Shown here: positions 51,725 through 64,000 of the stretch, piece after piece
How positions within the stretch are numbered: the stretch's first letter is position 1
How the letters are laid out: each line of letters opens with the position of its first letter
NCBI GenBank assembly: GCA_902614375.1
Contig: CACMKZ010000004.1
Span: 380-64,379 of the forward strand
From: an uncultured Alphaproteobacteria bacterium
GTDB lineage: Bacteria > Pseudomonadota > Alphaproteobacteria > HIMB59 > GCA-002718135
Length of the DNA: 64,000 bases
Direction of reading: 5' to 3'
Translations under genes and position numbers: made by a program
The notes under the pieces: model-generated
Databases searched by the model: none
Told to the model about the DNA's origin: nothing
What the model saw: only the letters and a program-made list of their open reading frames with translations

Positions 51725-53626
51725 ATGAAAAACATCAGTAAAAACGTTGTATTATGGATTATAATTGGATTGCTCTTAATTGTGCTTTTCAATCTTTTTC
51801 AAGGAAGTTCTAACAATAGAAATACTTCAAAAATATCCTTTTCTGACTTCATTGCTGCAACAGAAAGTGGAAATGTTTCTGAGGTTAATATAAATGGAAG
51901 CAACGTTACAGGATTTCTAAACGACGGACGATCATTTAGCACATATGTCCCTAATTATCCTAATTTGGTAGATAAATTAAATGAAAGTGGCGTGAAAATC
52001 ACTGCCGAGCCCTCCGAAAGATCAATGCATCCACTTTTGAGTGTATTGCTGTCGTGGTTTCCAATGCTTCTATTAATTGGAGTTTGGATTTTCTTTATGC
52101 GCCAGATGCAAGGCGGTGGTGGAAAAGCAATGGGCTTTGGTAAATCTAAAGCTAAATTATTAAATGAAGCAGTTGGTAAAGTTACATTTGATGATGTAGC
52201 AGGTATTGATGAAGCTAAACAAGAATTAGAAGAAGTTGTTGAATTTTTAAAAGATCCTTCAAAGTTTTCCAGATTAGGCGGTAAAATTCCAAGAGGTGCA
52301 CTTCTAGTTGGTCCTCCAGGTACTGGAAAAACTTTACTTGCAAGAGCAATTGCAGGCGAAGCAAATGTTCCCTTCTTTTCTATTTCAGGATCAGATTTTG
52401 TTGAAATGTTTGTAGGGGTCGGAGCTAGTAGAGTTAGAGATATGTTTGACCAAGGTAAAAAAAATGCACCTTGTATAGTTTTTATTGACGAAATTGACGC
52501 TGTTGGAAGGCACCGTGGTGCTGGTCTTGGTGGTGGTAATGATGAAAGAGAACAAACTCTAAATCAACTTCTTGTGGAAATGGATGGGTTTGAAGCTAAT
52601 GCAGGTGTAATCATTATTGCTGCAACAAATAGGCCTGATGTTCTTGATCCAGCTTTGCTTAGACCAGGAAGATTTGACCGTCAAATAACAGTTAATAATC
52701 CTGATGTAATGGGTAGAGACAAAATACTTAAAGTTCATATTAAAAAAATTAAAGTTTCACCAAAATTTGACTCAAAAATTATTGCAAGGGGAACTCCAGG
52801 CTTTTCTGGAGCTGATTTAGCAAATCTAGTTAATGAAGCAGCATTACTAGCTGCTAGAAAAAATAAAAGAATGGTTACACTTGAGGATTTTGAAAGTGCC
52901 AAAGATAAAGTGATGATGGGTGCTGAAAAACGATCTATGGTCATGTCAGAAGATGAAAAAAAACTTACAGCTTATCATGAAGCTGGTCATGCAGTAGCAA
53001 CCCTTCACTCACCAGCCTCTGATCCAATACATAAAGCAACTATAATTCCGAGAGGCAGAGCCTTAGGTATGGTTATGAGACTCCCAGAAAAAGATCAGCT
53101 GTCTATGCGAAAAGATCAAATGAAAGCTCATTTATTAATAGCTACTGGGGGCAGAATTGCTGAAGAAATGATTTTTGGTAAGGATAAAATTACAAATGGT
53201 GCGGCTAGCGATATACAAATGGTGACAAATCTATCAAAAAAAATGATTACTGAATGGGGTATGAGTGAAAAATTAGGCCGCCTTAGATATAATAGTGATA
53301 GTGAGGAAGTTTTCCTTGGGCATTCTGTTGCGCAATCAAAAAATTTATCTGACTCCACAGCAAAATTAATTGACGAAGAAGTTAGATCTCTTGCAGAAGA
53401 GGCTGAAAATAATTGTAGAAAAATTCTTCAAGATAATATTGAAGAATTGCATATAGTTGCTAAGGGGCTTTTAGAGTATGAAACATTATCAGGTGATGAA
53501 ATTAAAGATTTAATCAAAGGTATAAAGCCAACCCGAGATGATTTTGATAATGATATAAACACACCAAAAAAACCAGCCACATCTGTTCCAAAAACAGGCG
53601 GATCCGCTACGGCACCGGCAAACTAA
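51725..53626 (+). CDS. ftsH: ATP-dependent zinc metalloprotease FtsH
   Basis: [19 protein letters not shown], the AAA second region of homology and the HEAGHA zinc motif are present. Confidence 0.99.
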   Translation: MKNISKNVVLWIIIGLLLIVLFNLFQGSSNNRNTSKISFSDFIAATESGNVSEVNINGSNVTGFLNDGRSFSTYVPNYPNLVDKLNESGVKITAEPSERSMHPLLSVLLSWFPMLLLIGVWIFFMRQMQGGGGKAMGFGKSKAKLLNEAVGKVTFDDVAGIDEAKQELEEVVEFLKDPSKFSRLGGKIPRGALLVGPPGTGKTLLARAIAGEANVPFFSISGSDFVEMFVGVGASRVRDMFDQGKKNAPCIVFIDEIDAVGRHRGAGLGGGNDEREQTLNQLLVEMDGFEANAGVIIIAATNRPDVLDPALLRPGRFDRQITVNNPDVMGRDKILKVHIKKIKVSPKFDSKIIARGTPGFSGADLANLVNEAALLAARKNKRMVTLEDFESAKDKVMMGAEKRSMVMSEDEKKLTAYHEAGHAVATLHSPASDPIHKATIIPRGRALGMVMRLPEKDQLSMRKDQMKAHLLIATGGRIAEEMIFGKDKITNGAASDIQMVTNLSKKMITEWGMSEKLGRLRYNSDSEEVFLGHSVAQSKNLSDSTAKLIDEEVRSLAEEAENNCRKILQDNIEELHIVAKGLLEYETLSGDEIKDLIKGIKPTRDDFDNDINTPKKPATSVPKTGGSATAPAN

Positions 53627-53670
53627 TTTAATTACTTCACTTTATTTATATTTTTGAATAAAAGACACAA

Positions 53671-55018
53671 ATGTCTAAAATATTTGGTACCGATGGTATA
53701 CGGTGCTTAGTTAATGAGGAGCCCCTTTCTGCAGAAACCTGTCTAAAAATATCAAAGACAGTAGCATTTCTTCTCAAAAAGAAAAATTCTAAAAATAGTA
53801 GGGTTGTAATCTGTAAAGATACAAGATTATCTGGTTATTTATACGAGCCTCTTGTTACAGCTGGATTTATTTCTATGGGCATGGATGTAATTTTAGTTGG
53901 TCCACTTCCAACACCTGCTGTACCATTGATGATTAAAACTTTAAGAGCTGAGATTGGTGTAATGATTACAGCTTCTCATAATACATATGAATATAACGGA
54001 CTTAAATTTTTTGACAGTACTGGAACAAAATTAAGTTCATCAATAGAACAAAAGGTTGAAAATATAGTTTTAAATAATAAAAAATATTCTAAAGTAACAA
54101 ACAATACATTTGTATCTGGAAATGCAAAAAGACTAGAAGATGCTTCAGGCAGGTACTCAGAATTTTTAAAGAGTACTTTAAATAAAACGTCATCCAAGAA
54201 AAAATTAAAAATTGTTTTAGATTGTGCGAATGGAGCCACATACAATATAGCCCCAAATTTATTTTGGGAATTAGGTCATAATATAATAGCCATAAATAAT
54301 AATCCCGATGGTTTGAATATTAATAAAAATTGTGGCGCAGTTGACGTTAAATCACTTTCACAAAATGTTATAAAAGAAAAGGCAGATATTGGATTTGCAT
54401 TTGATGGTGATGGAGATAGGTTAATAGTTGTAGATGAAGAAGGAAAAGAAGTTGATGGTGATAAGATTATAGGATTGCTATGTAAAAGTTATGTAAAACC
54501 TAAGAAAATATCTAATCAACATGATGTCATTATAACAGTTATGTCTAACATGGGATTAGAAAATTATCTTACAAATAAACTAAAATTAAATATTAAACGA
54601 ACAGCTGTTGGAGATATAAACGTTATAAATCAAATGAAAAAATCCAAATCTATGATTGGTGGCGAACAATCAGGACATATAATCTTGTCAGAACACTCTA
54701 ATACTGGAGATGGAATTTTAGCAGCTCTAAAAATTACTGAAATTTTGATATCAAATAAAAATAAGGCAAGTAAACTTTTTGATTTGTATAATGATTTTCC
54801 TCAAGATAAAATTAACTTAAGGTATAAAAAAAAGAATTCCAAACTGTTAAAAATTCTTGGTAAGTTAAAAAATGATAAACTGTATAATAATAAAAAAATA
54901 AGATCTCTTGTTAGGTTATCTGGAACTGAACCATTAGTAAGAATACTAGTTGAAGGGCAAGAAATTACCGAGGTTAAAAAGAAATCTTTAGAAATAAAAA
55001 GATTAGTAAGGCCCTATC

Positions 55019-55026
<8 letters not shown>
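53671..55026 (+). CDS. glmM: Phosphoglucosamine mutase
   Basis: FGTDGIR, ITASHNTYEYNGLKFF, FDGDGDR and GGEQSGH are present. Confidence 0.93.
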
Positions 55027-58254
<3,228 letters not shown>

Positions 58255-58284
58255 AATACGCCTATATCATAAATAAAATATAAT

Positions 58285-59256
58285 TTAATATTTAAGCAAT
58301 AATTCAATTAAATTCTTAAAATCTTCAGGAATTTCAATATCAAAATCCATCCTTTTTTTTGATGTAGGATGATCAAAACCAAGATGATAAGCATGCAATG
58401 CTTGTCTTTCAAAATTTTTTAAAATCATGAATTTATTAAATGTATTTTTATCTTTTCCAAATTGGTTAATTTTACTTTTTCCATAAATCTTATCACCAAT
58501 GATTGGAGAATTTTTAGAAGTTAAATGAAGTCTAATTTGATGCGTTCTTCCAGTATGTAGATGACAGTCAACTAAACTAGCAATACCAAAAGTTTTATCT
58601 AATTTAATATCGGTTTTAGAATATTTTCCAAAACCCTTATTATTTAAACTCATTTTTTTTCTATTTTTTCTATTTCTCTCTATGTACCCTTCAATTGATT
58701 GATTATCAGGAGTTCCCCAAACTATTGCTTTATATCTACGAGATATTGTATGTTTTTTGAATTGTTCGGCTAAATTAATATGAACATTATTATTTTTCGC
58801 AACAACAAGAATTCCACTCGTATCCTTATCTAAACGATGGACTATTCCTGGTCTAGAATTATCATCTAAATTACTTAGTTGCTTATTAGTGTAATGCATA
58901 AGAGCATTCACAAGAGTGCCGCTTTCATTTCCAGGAGCTGGATGCATTACTAAATTTGGAGGTTTATTTATAACAATTAAATCTTCATCTTCAAAAATAA
59001 TGTTTAAGTCTATATTTTCAGCTGAATGTTTTGTTTCTTGCTTTAAGATAATATTTATAAAGTAATTTTCATTTTCTTTAGTTATGTAAGATGGATCTTT
59101 TATTTCCTTTTCATCAAGACATACATTGCCATTTAATATTAAAGTTTTAATTTGTGTTCTTGAATATCCTTCCAATTTTGAAACGAGCACTTTATCTAAT
59201 CTTTGTGAACTTAATTGTTTATTTATAGTTAATTTAAGATTATAGAATTCGTTCAT
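58285..59256 (-). CDS. rluD: 23S rRNA pseudouridine synthase, RluA/RluD family
   Basis: It has an N-terminal S4 domain, HRLDKDTSGILVVAKN and RTHQIRLH. Confidence 0.9.
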   Translation of the reverse strand: MNEFYNLKLTINKQLSSQRLDKVLVSKLEGYSRTQIKTLILNGNVCLDEKEIKDPSYITKENENYFINIILKQETKHSAENIDLNIIFEDEDLIVINKPPNLVMHPAPGNESGTLVNALMHYTNKQLSNLDDNSRPGIVHRLDKDTSGILVVAKNNNVHINLAEQFKKHTISRRYKAIVWGTPDNQSIEGYIERNRKNRKKMSLNNKGFGKYSKTDIKLDKTFGIASLVDCHLHTGRTHQIRLHLTSKNSPIIGDKIYGKSKINQFGKDKNTFNKFMILKNFERQALHAYHLGFDHPTSKKRMDFDIEIPEDFKNLIELLLKY

Positions 59257-59548
59257 GTCTCAAAAAATCCTTAAATTTATTGTAATATTTTTAGGTATAT
59301 TAATTGTTATTTGTTTTTTTGCTCTAGTTTATGGTTTGTATATAAAAACAACAAAAAAACAAAGTAATTTAGAAACAAACTTAATTGAATATAATTTAAA
59401 TTTAGAAAAAGGGCACAAAATTACAGATATAGATATGATTGATAATAATCGGATTTTGTTTACAATAAAAAGTAATGATAAAGTTTATGCTTTAATATAT
59501 GATATAGAAACATCAAATATTACAAAAATAGATACATCTAATGAATAA
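59255..59548 (+). CDS. Hypothetical single-pass membrane protein
   Basis: This is a 97-aa ORF with one TM helix (FIVIFLGILIVICFFALVYGLYI). It overlaps the xseB start, which suggests translational coupling. I recognise no family. Confidence 0.45.
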   Translation: MSQKILKFIVIFLGILIVICFFALVYGLYIKTTKKQSNLETNLIEYNLNLEKGHKITDIDMIDNNRILFTIKSNDKVYALIYDIETSNITKIDTSNE

Positions 59549-59759
59549 AGATAATAATTTTGAAAATAATTTAAAAAAACTTGAGTCTATTGTAGAGAAA
59601 TTAGAAAATGGTGAAGTTGATTTAGAAGAATCTGTAAAACTTTACGAAGAAGGAATGAATTTAAAAAAAGCATGTGAGGAAAAATTAAAAAGTATTGAAA
59701 GCCAAATTAAAAAAATTAAGCAAGAAAACAATAAAGTTACAAAAGAAGATTTTAAGTAA
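59541..59759 (+). CDS. xseB: Exodeoxyribonuclease VII small subunit
   Basis: FENNLKKLESIVEKLENGEVDLEESVKLYEEGMNLKKACEEKL is present. Confidence 0.9.
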   Translation: MNKDNNFENNLKKLESIVEKLENGEVDLEESVKLYEEGMNLKKACEEKLKSIESQIKKIKQENNKVTKEDFK

Positions 59760-59768
59760 TTTTCAAAT

Positions 59769-60518
59769 TTGAGTAAAAATCTAAAAATAAGACTTGATCA
59801 GCTTTTAATAGATAAAAACTTAGCTGATACTAAATCAAAGGCCCAATCTATGATTATGGCCGGTCAAGTTTATGTAAACGATAAAATTATTACCAAAAGT
59901 GGTAACAGTTTTAATGAAAACTCAAAAATAAAAATTAAACAACTAAATCCTACATGGGTATCAAGAGGTGCATTCAAATTACTCAAAGCGATTGATCATT
60001 TTAAGATTGATATTGAAAATAAAATTTGTCTAGATATCGGTTCATCAACTGGTGGATTCACAGAAGTTCTTTTAAAAAAAAATGCTAAAAAAATATATTC
60101 TATTGATGTTGGTACAAATCAACTTCATGAAAAATTAAAAAAAGAAAAAAAAATTATTAGTATAGAAAATTTTAATGCTAAATATTTAGATAACTCAATA
60201 ATTCATGAAAAAATTAATTTAGTAGTCTGTGATGTTAGTTTCATTAGTCTAACAAAGGTTATAGAACCTAGCCTGAAGCTTTTATCAAGTAAAGCTGAGA
60301 TTATATCACTAATTAAGCCACAATTTGAAACTAATAAAATGAATTTGAAAAAAGGTATTGTGAAAGATCCATTGATTCATGAACAAGTATGTAATGATAT
60401 ATCTAATTGGTTTAAAAAAACAATTAACGCTGAAGTTGTAGGTTTAGTCGAAAGTCCAATAACTGGACCAAAAGGAAATAAAGAATTTTTAATTTATAGT
60501 ATTTTAAAGAAATCTTAA
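59769..60518 (+). CDS. tlyA: TlyA family rRNA (cytidine-2'-O)-methyltransferase
   Basis: It has an S4-like N-terminus ([11 protein letters not shown]), VSRGAFKL and [14 protein letters not shown]. The start is TTG. Confidence 0.88.
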   Translation: MSKNLKIRLDQLLIDKNLADTKSKAQSMIMAGQVYVNDKIITKSGNSFNENSKIKIKQLNPTWVSRGAFKLLKAIDHFKIDIENKICLDIGSSTGGFTEVLLKKNAKKIYSIDVGTNQLHEKLKKEKKIISIENFNAKYLDNSIIHEKINLVVCDVSFISLTKVIEPSLKLLSSKAEIISLIKPQFETNKMNLKKGIVKDPLIHEQVCNDISNWFKKTINAEVVGLVESPITGPKGNKEFLIYSILKKS

Positions 60519-61574
60519 ACAATGATCAGCTATAGTTGTGGCAACCATTGCTTCACCGACAGGAACAGCTCTTATACCAACACATGGATCATGACGACCT
60601 TTAGTAGATATTGTTGTTTCTTTTAATTTTGTATTAATTGTTTTTTTTGGGGATAATATTGAGCTTGTAGGTTTTACTACAAATCTAGCAATTAATTCTT
60701 GGCCTGTTGTAATACCCCCAAGAACTCCACCATTATTATTTGAAAGAAATAAAGGTTTTTTATTTTTTATTCTCATTTCATCAACATTAGAAATTCCAGT
60801 TTCATAAACACTGCTAAATCCATTTCCCATTTCTACTCCCTTAACAGCATTAATAGACATCAATGCTTTAGCAATATCAGAGTCTATTTTTTCATAAATA
60901 GGTTCTCCTAATCCAGCTGGCAAACCTTTTACTCTAATTTCAATTATTGCACCTAAAGAGGAACCAGATTTTCTTGCAATTTGTATTTCGTTTTCCCATA
61001 TTTTAATAATTTCTTTATCAGGACTCCAAAAATTATTTTTTGGAATAAAATTATTATTCCAATTATCATAATTAATTTTATGATTACCTACTTGAATTAA
61101 TGCACCTGTTATTACAACTTGATTTTTAATTTTATTTTTTATGATTTTTCTTGCTATTGCCCCTGCTGCTACTCTCATTGCAGTTTCTCTAGCACTAGAT
61201 CTACCACCACCCCTATAATCTCTTATGCCATATTTTTTCCAATATGTATAATCTGCATGACCTGGTCTAAATTTACTTTTGATATCACCATAATCTTTTG
61301 ATCTCTGATCTTGATTGTAGATAATTAGAGAAATAGGATGACCTGTTGTTTTCCCCTCAAAAGTTCCAGATAGTATTTCAACTTTATCCTCTTCTTTTCT
61401 TTGAGTTGTAAATTTTGACTGACCAGGTTTTCTTTTATCTAAATAGGGTTGAATATCTTTTTCAGTTAAATTTATGTTTGATGGCACTCCATCAACAACA
61501 CAACCAATAGCTTTGCCATGGCTTTCTCCCCATGTAGTAAAGTTAAAGATTTTTCCTATTGAATTAGAAGTCAT
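60504..61574 (-). CDS. aroC: Chorismate synthase
   Basis: [20 protein letters not shown] and [11 protein letters not shown] are present. Confidence 0.97.
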   Translation of the reverse strand: MTSNSIGKIFNFTTWGESHGKAIGCVVDGVPSNINLTEKDIQPYLDKRKPGQSKFTTQRKEEDKVEILSGTFEGKTTGHPISLIIYNQDQRSKDYGDIKSKFRPGHADYTYWKKYGIRDYRGGGRSSARETAMRVAAGAIARKIIKNKIKNQVVITGALIQVGNHKINYDNWNNNFIPKNNFWSPDKEIIKIWENEIQIARKSGSSLGAIIEIRVKGLPAGLGEPIYEKIDSDIAKALMSINAVKGVEMGNGFSSVYETGISNVDEMRIKNKKPLFLSNNNGGVLGGITTGQELIARFVVKPTSSILSPKKTINTKLKETTISTKGRHDPCVGIRAVPVGEAMVATTIADHCLRFL

Positions 61575-62398
61575 TTTTTAGAATTTGTAAATTCACCCAA
61601 TAATTCTGAAACACTTTCACTCTCATCAACTGCAACCATTCCTACAGTATGATAGCCACAATCGACATGTTGTATCTCGCCAGTAACAGCACTCCCAAGA
61701 TCACTTAAGAGATACAAAGCAGAATTTCCAACATCTTGCTGATTTACATTTCTTTTAAGTGGAGCATTAAGCTCGTTCCATTTTAAAATAAATCTAAAAT
61801 CACCTATTCCTGATGCTGCCAAAGTTTTAATTGGCCCAGCACTAATAGCATTAACTCTTATATTTTTTTCTCCCAAATCAACTGCTAAATATCTAACACT
61901 TGCCTCTAAAGCTGCTTTTGCAACTCCCATAACATTATAATGAGGCATAACTTGTTCTGATCCATAATATGTTAAAGTTAAAATTGATCCACCATTATTC
62001 ATTAAAGGTTCTGCTAGCCTACAAGCCTCTGTAAAAGAATAACATGATATATGCATAGTTTGTTTAAAATTATCAGAAGATGTATTGTAGTATTTACCTC
62101 TTAATTCATCTTTGTTGGAAAAACCAATTCCATGAACAAGAAAATCTAATTCACCCCATTTATTTTTAAGTGTTTCAAAAACGTTATTCATACTTTGTGA
62201 GTCTGAAACATCACAAGGAATAATAGTGTTAGACCCTATTTCTTCTGCAAGTGGTTGAACTCTTTTCTTAAGAGCTTCTCCTTGATAAGTAAGTGCAATT
62301 TCTGCTCCCTGTTCTGCTAATTTTTTCGCAATACCCCAAGCAATAGATCTGTCATTTGCCACTCCCATAATCAGACCTTTTTTATTTTGCATCAACAT
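61571..62398 (-). CDS. fabI: Enoyl-[acyl-carrier-protein] reductase FabI
   Basis: [20 protein letters not shown]... is the FabI N-terminus. I set the start at Met49 of the track ORF (62398). The longer ORF runs through AT-rich promoter DNA and overlaps pdxH. Confidence 0.9.
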   Translation of the reverse strand: MLMQNKKGLIMGVANDRSIAWGIAKKLAEQGAEIALTYQGEALKKRVQPLAEEIGSNTIIPCDVSDSQSMNNVFETLKNKWGELDFLVHGIGFSNKDELRGKYYNTSSDNFKQTMHISCYSFTEACRLAEPLMNNGGSILTLTYYGSEQVMPHYNVMGVAKAALEASVRYLAVDLGEKNIRVNAISAGPIKTLAASGIGDFRFILKWNELNAPLKRNVNQQDVGNSALYLLSDLGSAVTGEIQHVDCGYHTVGMVAVDESESVSELLGEFTNSKK

Positions 62399-62466
62399 AT
62401 TGTAAATCAGTGTTTTTTTATAAATATAGATATATATACTTATAAAATAATATTCATATCTATAAT

Positions 62467-63072
62467 ATGCAATCAAATCAAAAATTAATAAATTCTGATA
62501 AAAAACCAATTGAACTTTTTCAAGAATGGTTTGAAGAGGCAAAGAAAAGTGAAATCAATGATCCAAATGCTATGAACCTTGCTACTATATCTTCTGATGG
62601 CAAACCCAGCTCGCGAATTGTTTTACTTAAATCATATGATGATAAAGGGTTTGTTTTTTACACAAATTCAAATAGCAAAAAAGGTAGAGCAATTAAAAAC
62701 AACGATAGTGTAGCTTTAAATTTTCATTGGAAAACACTTCAAAGACAAATAAGAATAGAAGGTAATGTTTCACAAATTTCAAACGCTGAAGCTGATGAAT
62801 ATTATAATTCAAGACCACTAGGAAGTAGAATAGGAGCTTGGGCTTCATTACAGTCAGAAGAACTAGATGATAGATCGACATTAACTAAAAGAGTAGAAGA
62901 GTTTGAAAAAAAATTTTCAGATAATGATGTACCAAGACCTTCACATTGGAATGGTTACTTAGTAGCACCTATATTAATTGAATTTTGGCAAGATATGCCA
63001 TTTAGATTGCATGACAGACTTGAATTCCGTAGGGAAAATGATGGTTGGGTTACAAGAAAATTATATCCTTAA
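62467..63072 (+). CDS. pdxH: Pyridoxamine 5'-phosphate oxidase
   Basis: PNAMNLATISSDGKPSSRIVLLK..D..GFVFYTN..S.KG, RQIRIEG and IEFWQ....RLHDR..F are present. Confidence 0.93.
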   Translation: MQSNQKLINSDKKPIELFQEWFEEAKKSEINDPNAMNLATISSDGKPSSRIVLLKSYDDKGFVFYTNSNSKKGRAIKNNDSVALNFHWKTLQRQIRIEGNVSQISNAEADEYYNSRPLGSRIGAWASLQSEELDDRSTLTKRVEEFEKKFSDNDVPRPSHWNGYLVAPILIEFWQDMPFRLHDRLEFRRENDGWVTRKLYP

Positions 63073-63503
63073 TTATCTTCTTTCCATTTTTGTAAAATCC
63101 ATGAACTAGAATTTGATTTATTGTCACCACCTATACCCCAAAGTAACTTAATATTATTTTTTTCACAGAATATTGATTCTGGTGTTGTACTATTATTTCT
63201 ATCACCTCCATTTGCAAATTTAATAATCGATTTTGGATATTTATTTTTTACTTTTTTAAGACCATCGATGCACGTCTTATCCCCGTCATCAAATTCTATA
63301 ACATCAATAACATTTTTTAACTCATTCATAATTATAGTTCTTTCAATAAAAGGAAGAAATTCCTTACCTTTCTTTTTTTGAAGCCATAAATCAGAATTTA
63401 GCAAAACTACAACTTCGCCATGTTTAGCAGCTTCTTTAATTAATTTTATATGACCACTGTGAATTGGGTCAAAACCTCCACTGACAACAACTATTTCACG
63501 CAT
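63069..63503 (-). CDS. Small HxGH nucleotidyltransferase (cytidylyl-/adenylyltransferase-like)
   Basis: VVSGGFDPIHSGHIKLIKEAAKHG is the nucleotidyltransferase (T/H)xGH motif. The substrate is not assignable from sequence. Confidence 0.65.
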   Translation of the reverse strand: MREIVVVSGGFDPIHSGHIKLIKEAAKHGEVVVLLNSDLWLQKKKGKEFLPFIERTIIMNELKNVIDVIEFDDGDKTCIDGLKKVKNKYPKSIIKFANGGDRNNSTTPESIFCEKNNIKLLWGIGGDNKSNSSSWILQKWKEDN

Positions 63504-64000
63504 ACTTGCCTCTCCATTTTTCTGGATCTTCTAAAAATTCTTTTAAGTTTGAAACCTTATCTTCAGAATATATTTTTTCACTTTCAATATAATTTATTAT
63601 ATCTTTCCAAGTACACAGTGAGTGCATATTTACATTTAATTTAAATAATTCTGATTCTTTGAAATTAAAAATATCATAATAAAATATTACAAATATATCT
63701 TTAACTTTTAATCCAGCTTCACGCATTGCGTTAATAAAAATTATTTTACTACCTCCATCAGTGGCTAGATCTTCAACTAAAAGAGCTTTTTGATTATTTT
63801 CAAATTCACCTTCAATTTGTTTGTTTTTTCCAAAACCTTTTGTTTTTTTTCTAATGTAAATCATTTGTTTATCTAATTTTTGAGAAATAAAAGCAGCATA
63901 TGGAATTCCAGCGGTCTCTCCACCAGCAATAATTTCTGTATCAATATTATTTTTAGTTAAATAATCTATGGCTTTATCAATTATAAAATTTCTTTCTTTT
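63496..64000 (-). CDS. pyrE: Orotate phosphoribosyltransferase, partial; N-terminus lies outside the window
   Basis: ALLVEDLATDGGSK is the PRPP-binding motif. The frame stays open upstream of the track Met through ...IIAGGETAGIPYAAFIS... to the window edge. Confidence 0.85.
   Translation of the reverse strand, partial: KERNFIIDKAIDYLTKNNIDTEIIAGGETAGIPYAAFISQKLDKQMIYIRKKTKGFGKNKQIEGEFENNQKALLVEDLATDGGSKIIFINAMREAGLKVKDIFVIFYYDIFNFKESELFKLNVNMHSLCTWKDIINYIESEKIYSEDKVSNLKEFLEDPEKWRGKYA

Noticed and set aside
62399-62542. A 48-codon N-terminal extension of the fabI ORF, overlapping the pdxH start on the opposite strand.
   Set aside because: The extension translates as Y/I-rich nonsense through obvious AT-rich promoter DNA (ATATAGATATATATAC). 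The conserved FabI N-terminus (KGLIMGVAN) begins right after Met49/Met51, so the start was moved to 62398.

Overview
The window is a very AT-rich, tightly packed stretch of chromosome. I recognise about 70 protein-coding genes. Most spacers are 0-50 nt and the largest are about 150 nt. I see no tRNA, rRNA, CRISPR array, transposase, integrase or recognisable defence genes.

Gene content and synteny look alphaproteobacterial and are consistent with a streamlined marine SAR11/Pelagibacterales-type genome. The organism assignment is inference, not a search result. Supporting synteny includes tolQRAB-pal-cpoB-tilS-ftsH, ZauP-ZapA-5-FCL, DUF1013/DUF1192, and groESL with CIRCE plus a sigma-32-type promoter.

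Main blocks:
- 1-12.3 kb: housekeeping genes (sppA fragment, groESL, gpx, mscS, recX, argDF, trkH, apaG).
- 12.4-30.2 kb: a methyl-group/C1 oxidation island. It holds a GcvT-family paralog, dimethylglycine-dehydrogenase-type enzyme, etfBA, ETF-QO, soxBDAG, fhs and a metF-like gene.
- 31.4-36.6 kb: a photolyase-linked five-gene lipid-modification-type cluster.
- 37-45 kb: translation, central-carbon and division genes (rpmE, suhB, efp, gap, tkt, zauP-zapA, 5-FCL, ymdB-like, yebC).
- 45.3-53.6 kb: the tol-pal cluster through ftsH.
- 53.7-64 kb: glmM, hisZ, purA, rpoH, rluD, xseB, tlyA, aroC, fabI, pdxH and pyrE.

The most interesting item is a 97-aa ORF at 45259-45552. It has an archaeal Hjc-like PD-(D/E)XK signature and sits where yebC-ruvC(-ruvAB-ybgC)-tolQ synteny would normally place RuvC. 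Secondary items are the uncharacterised photolyase-linked cluster, a GcvT paralog of unknown substrate with a structured leader, a zapA/5-FCL junction with no room for the usual 6S RNA gene, and pervasive spacer-free convergent and divergent gene junctions. All calls come from reading the translated ORFs and the DNA by eye. No database searches were run.
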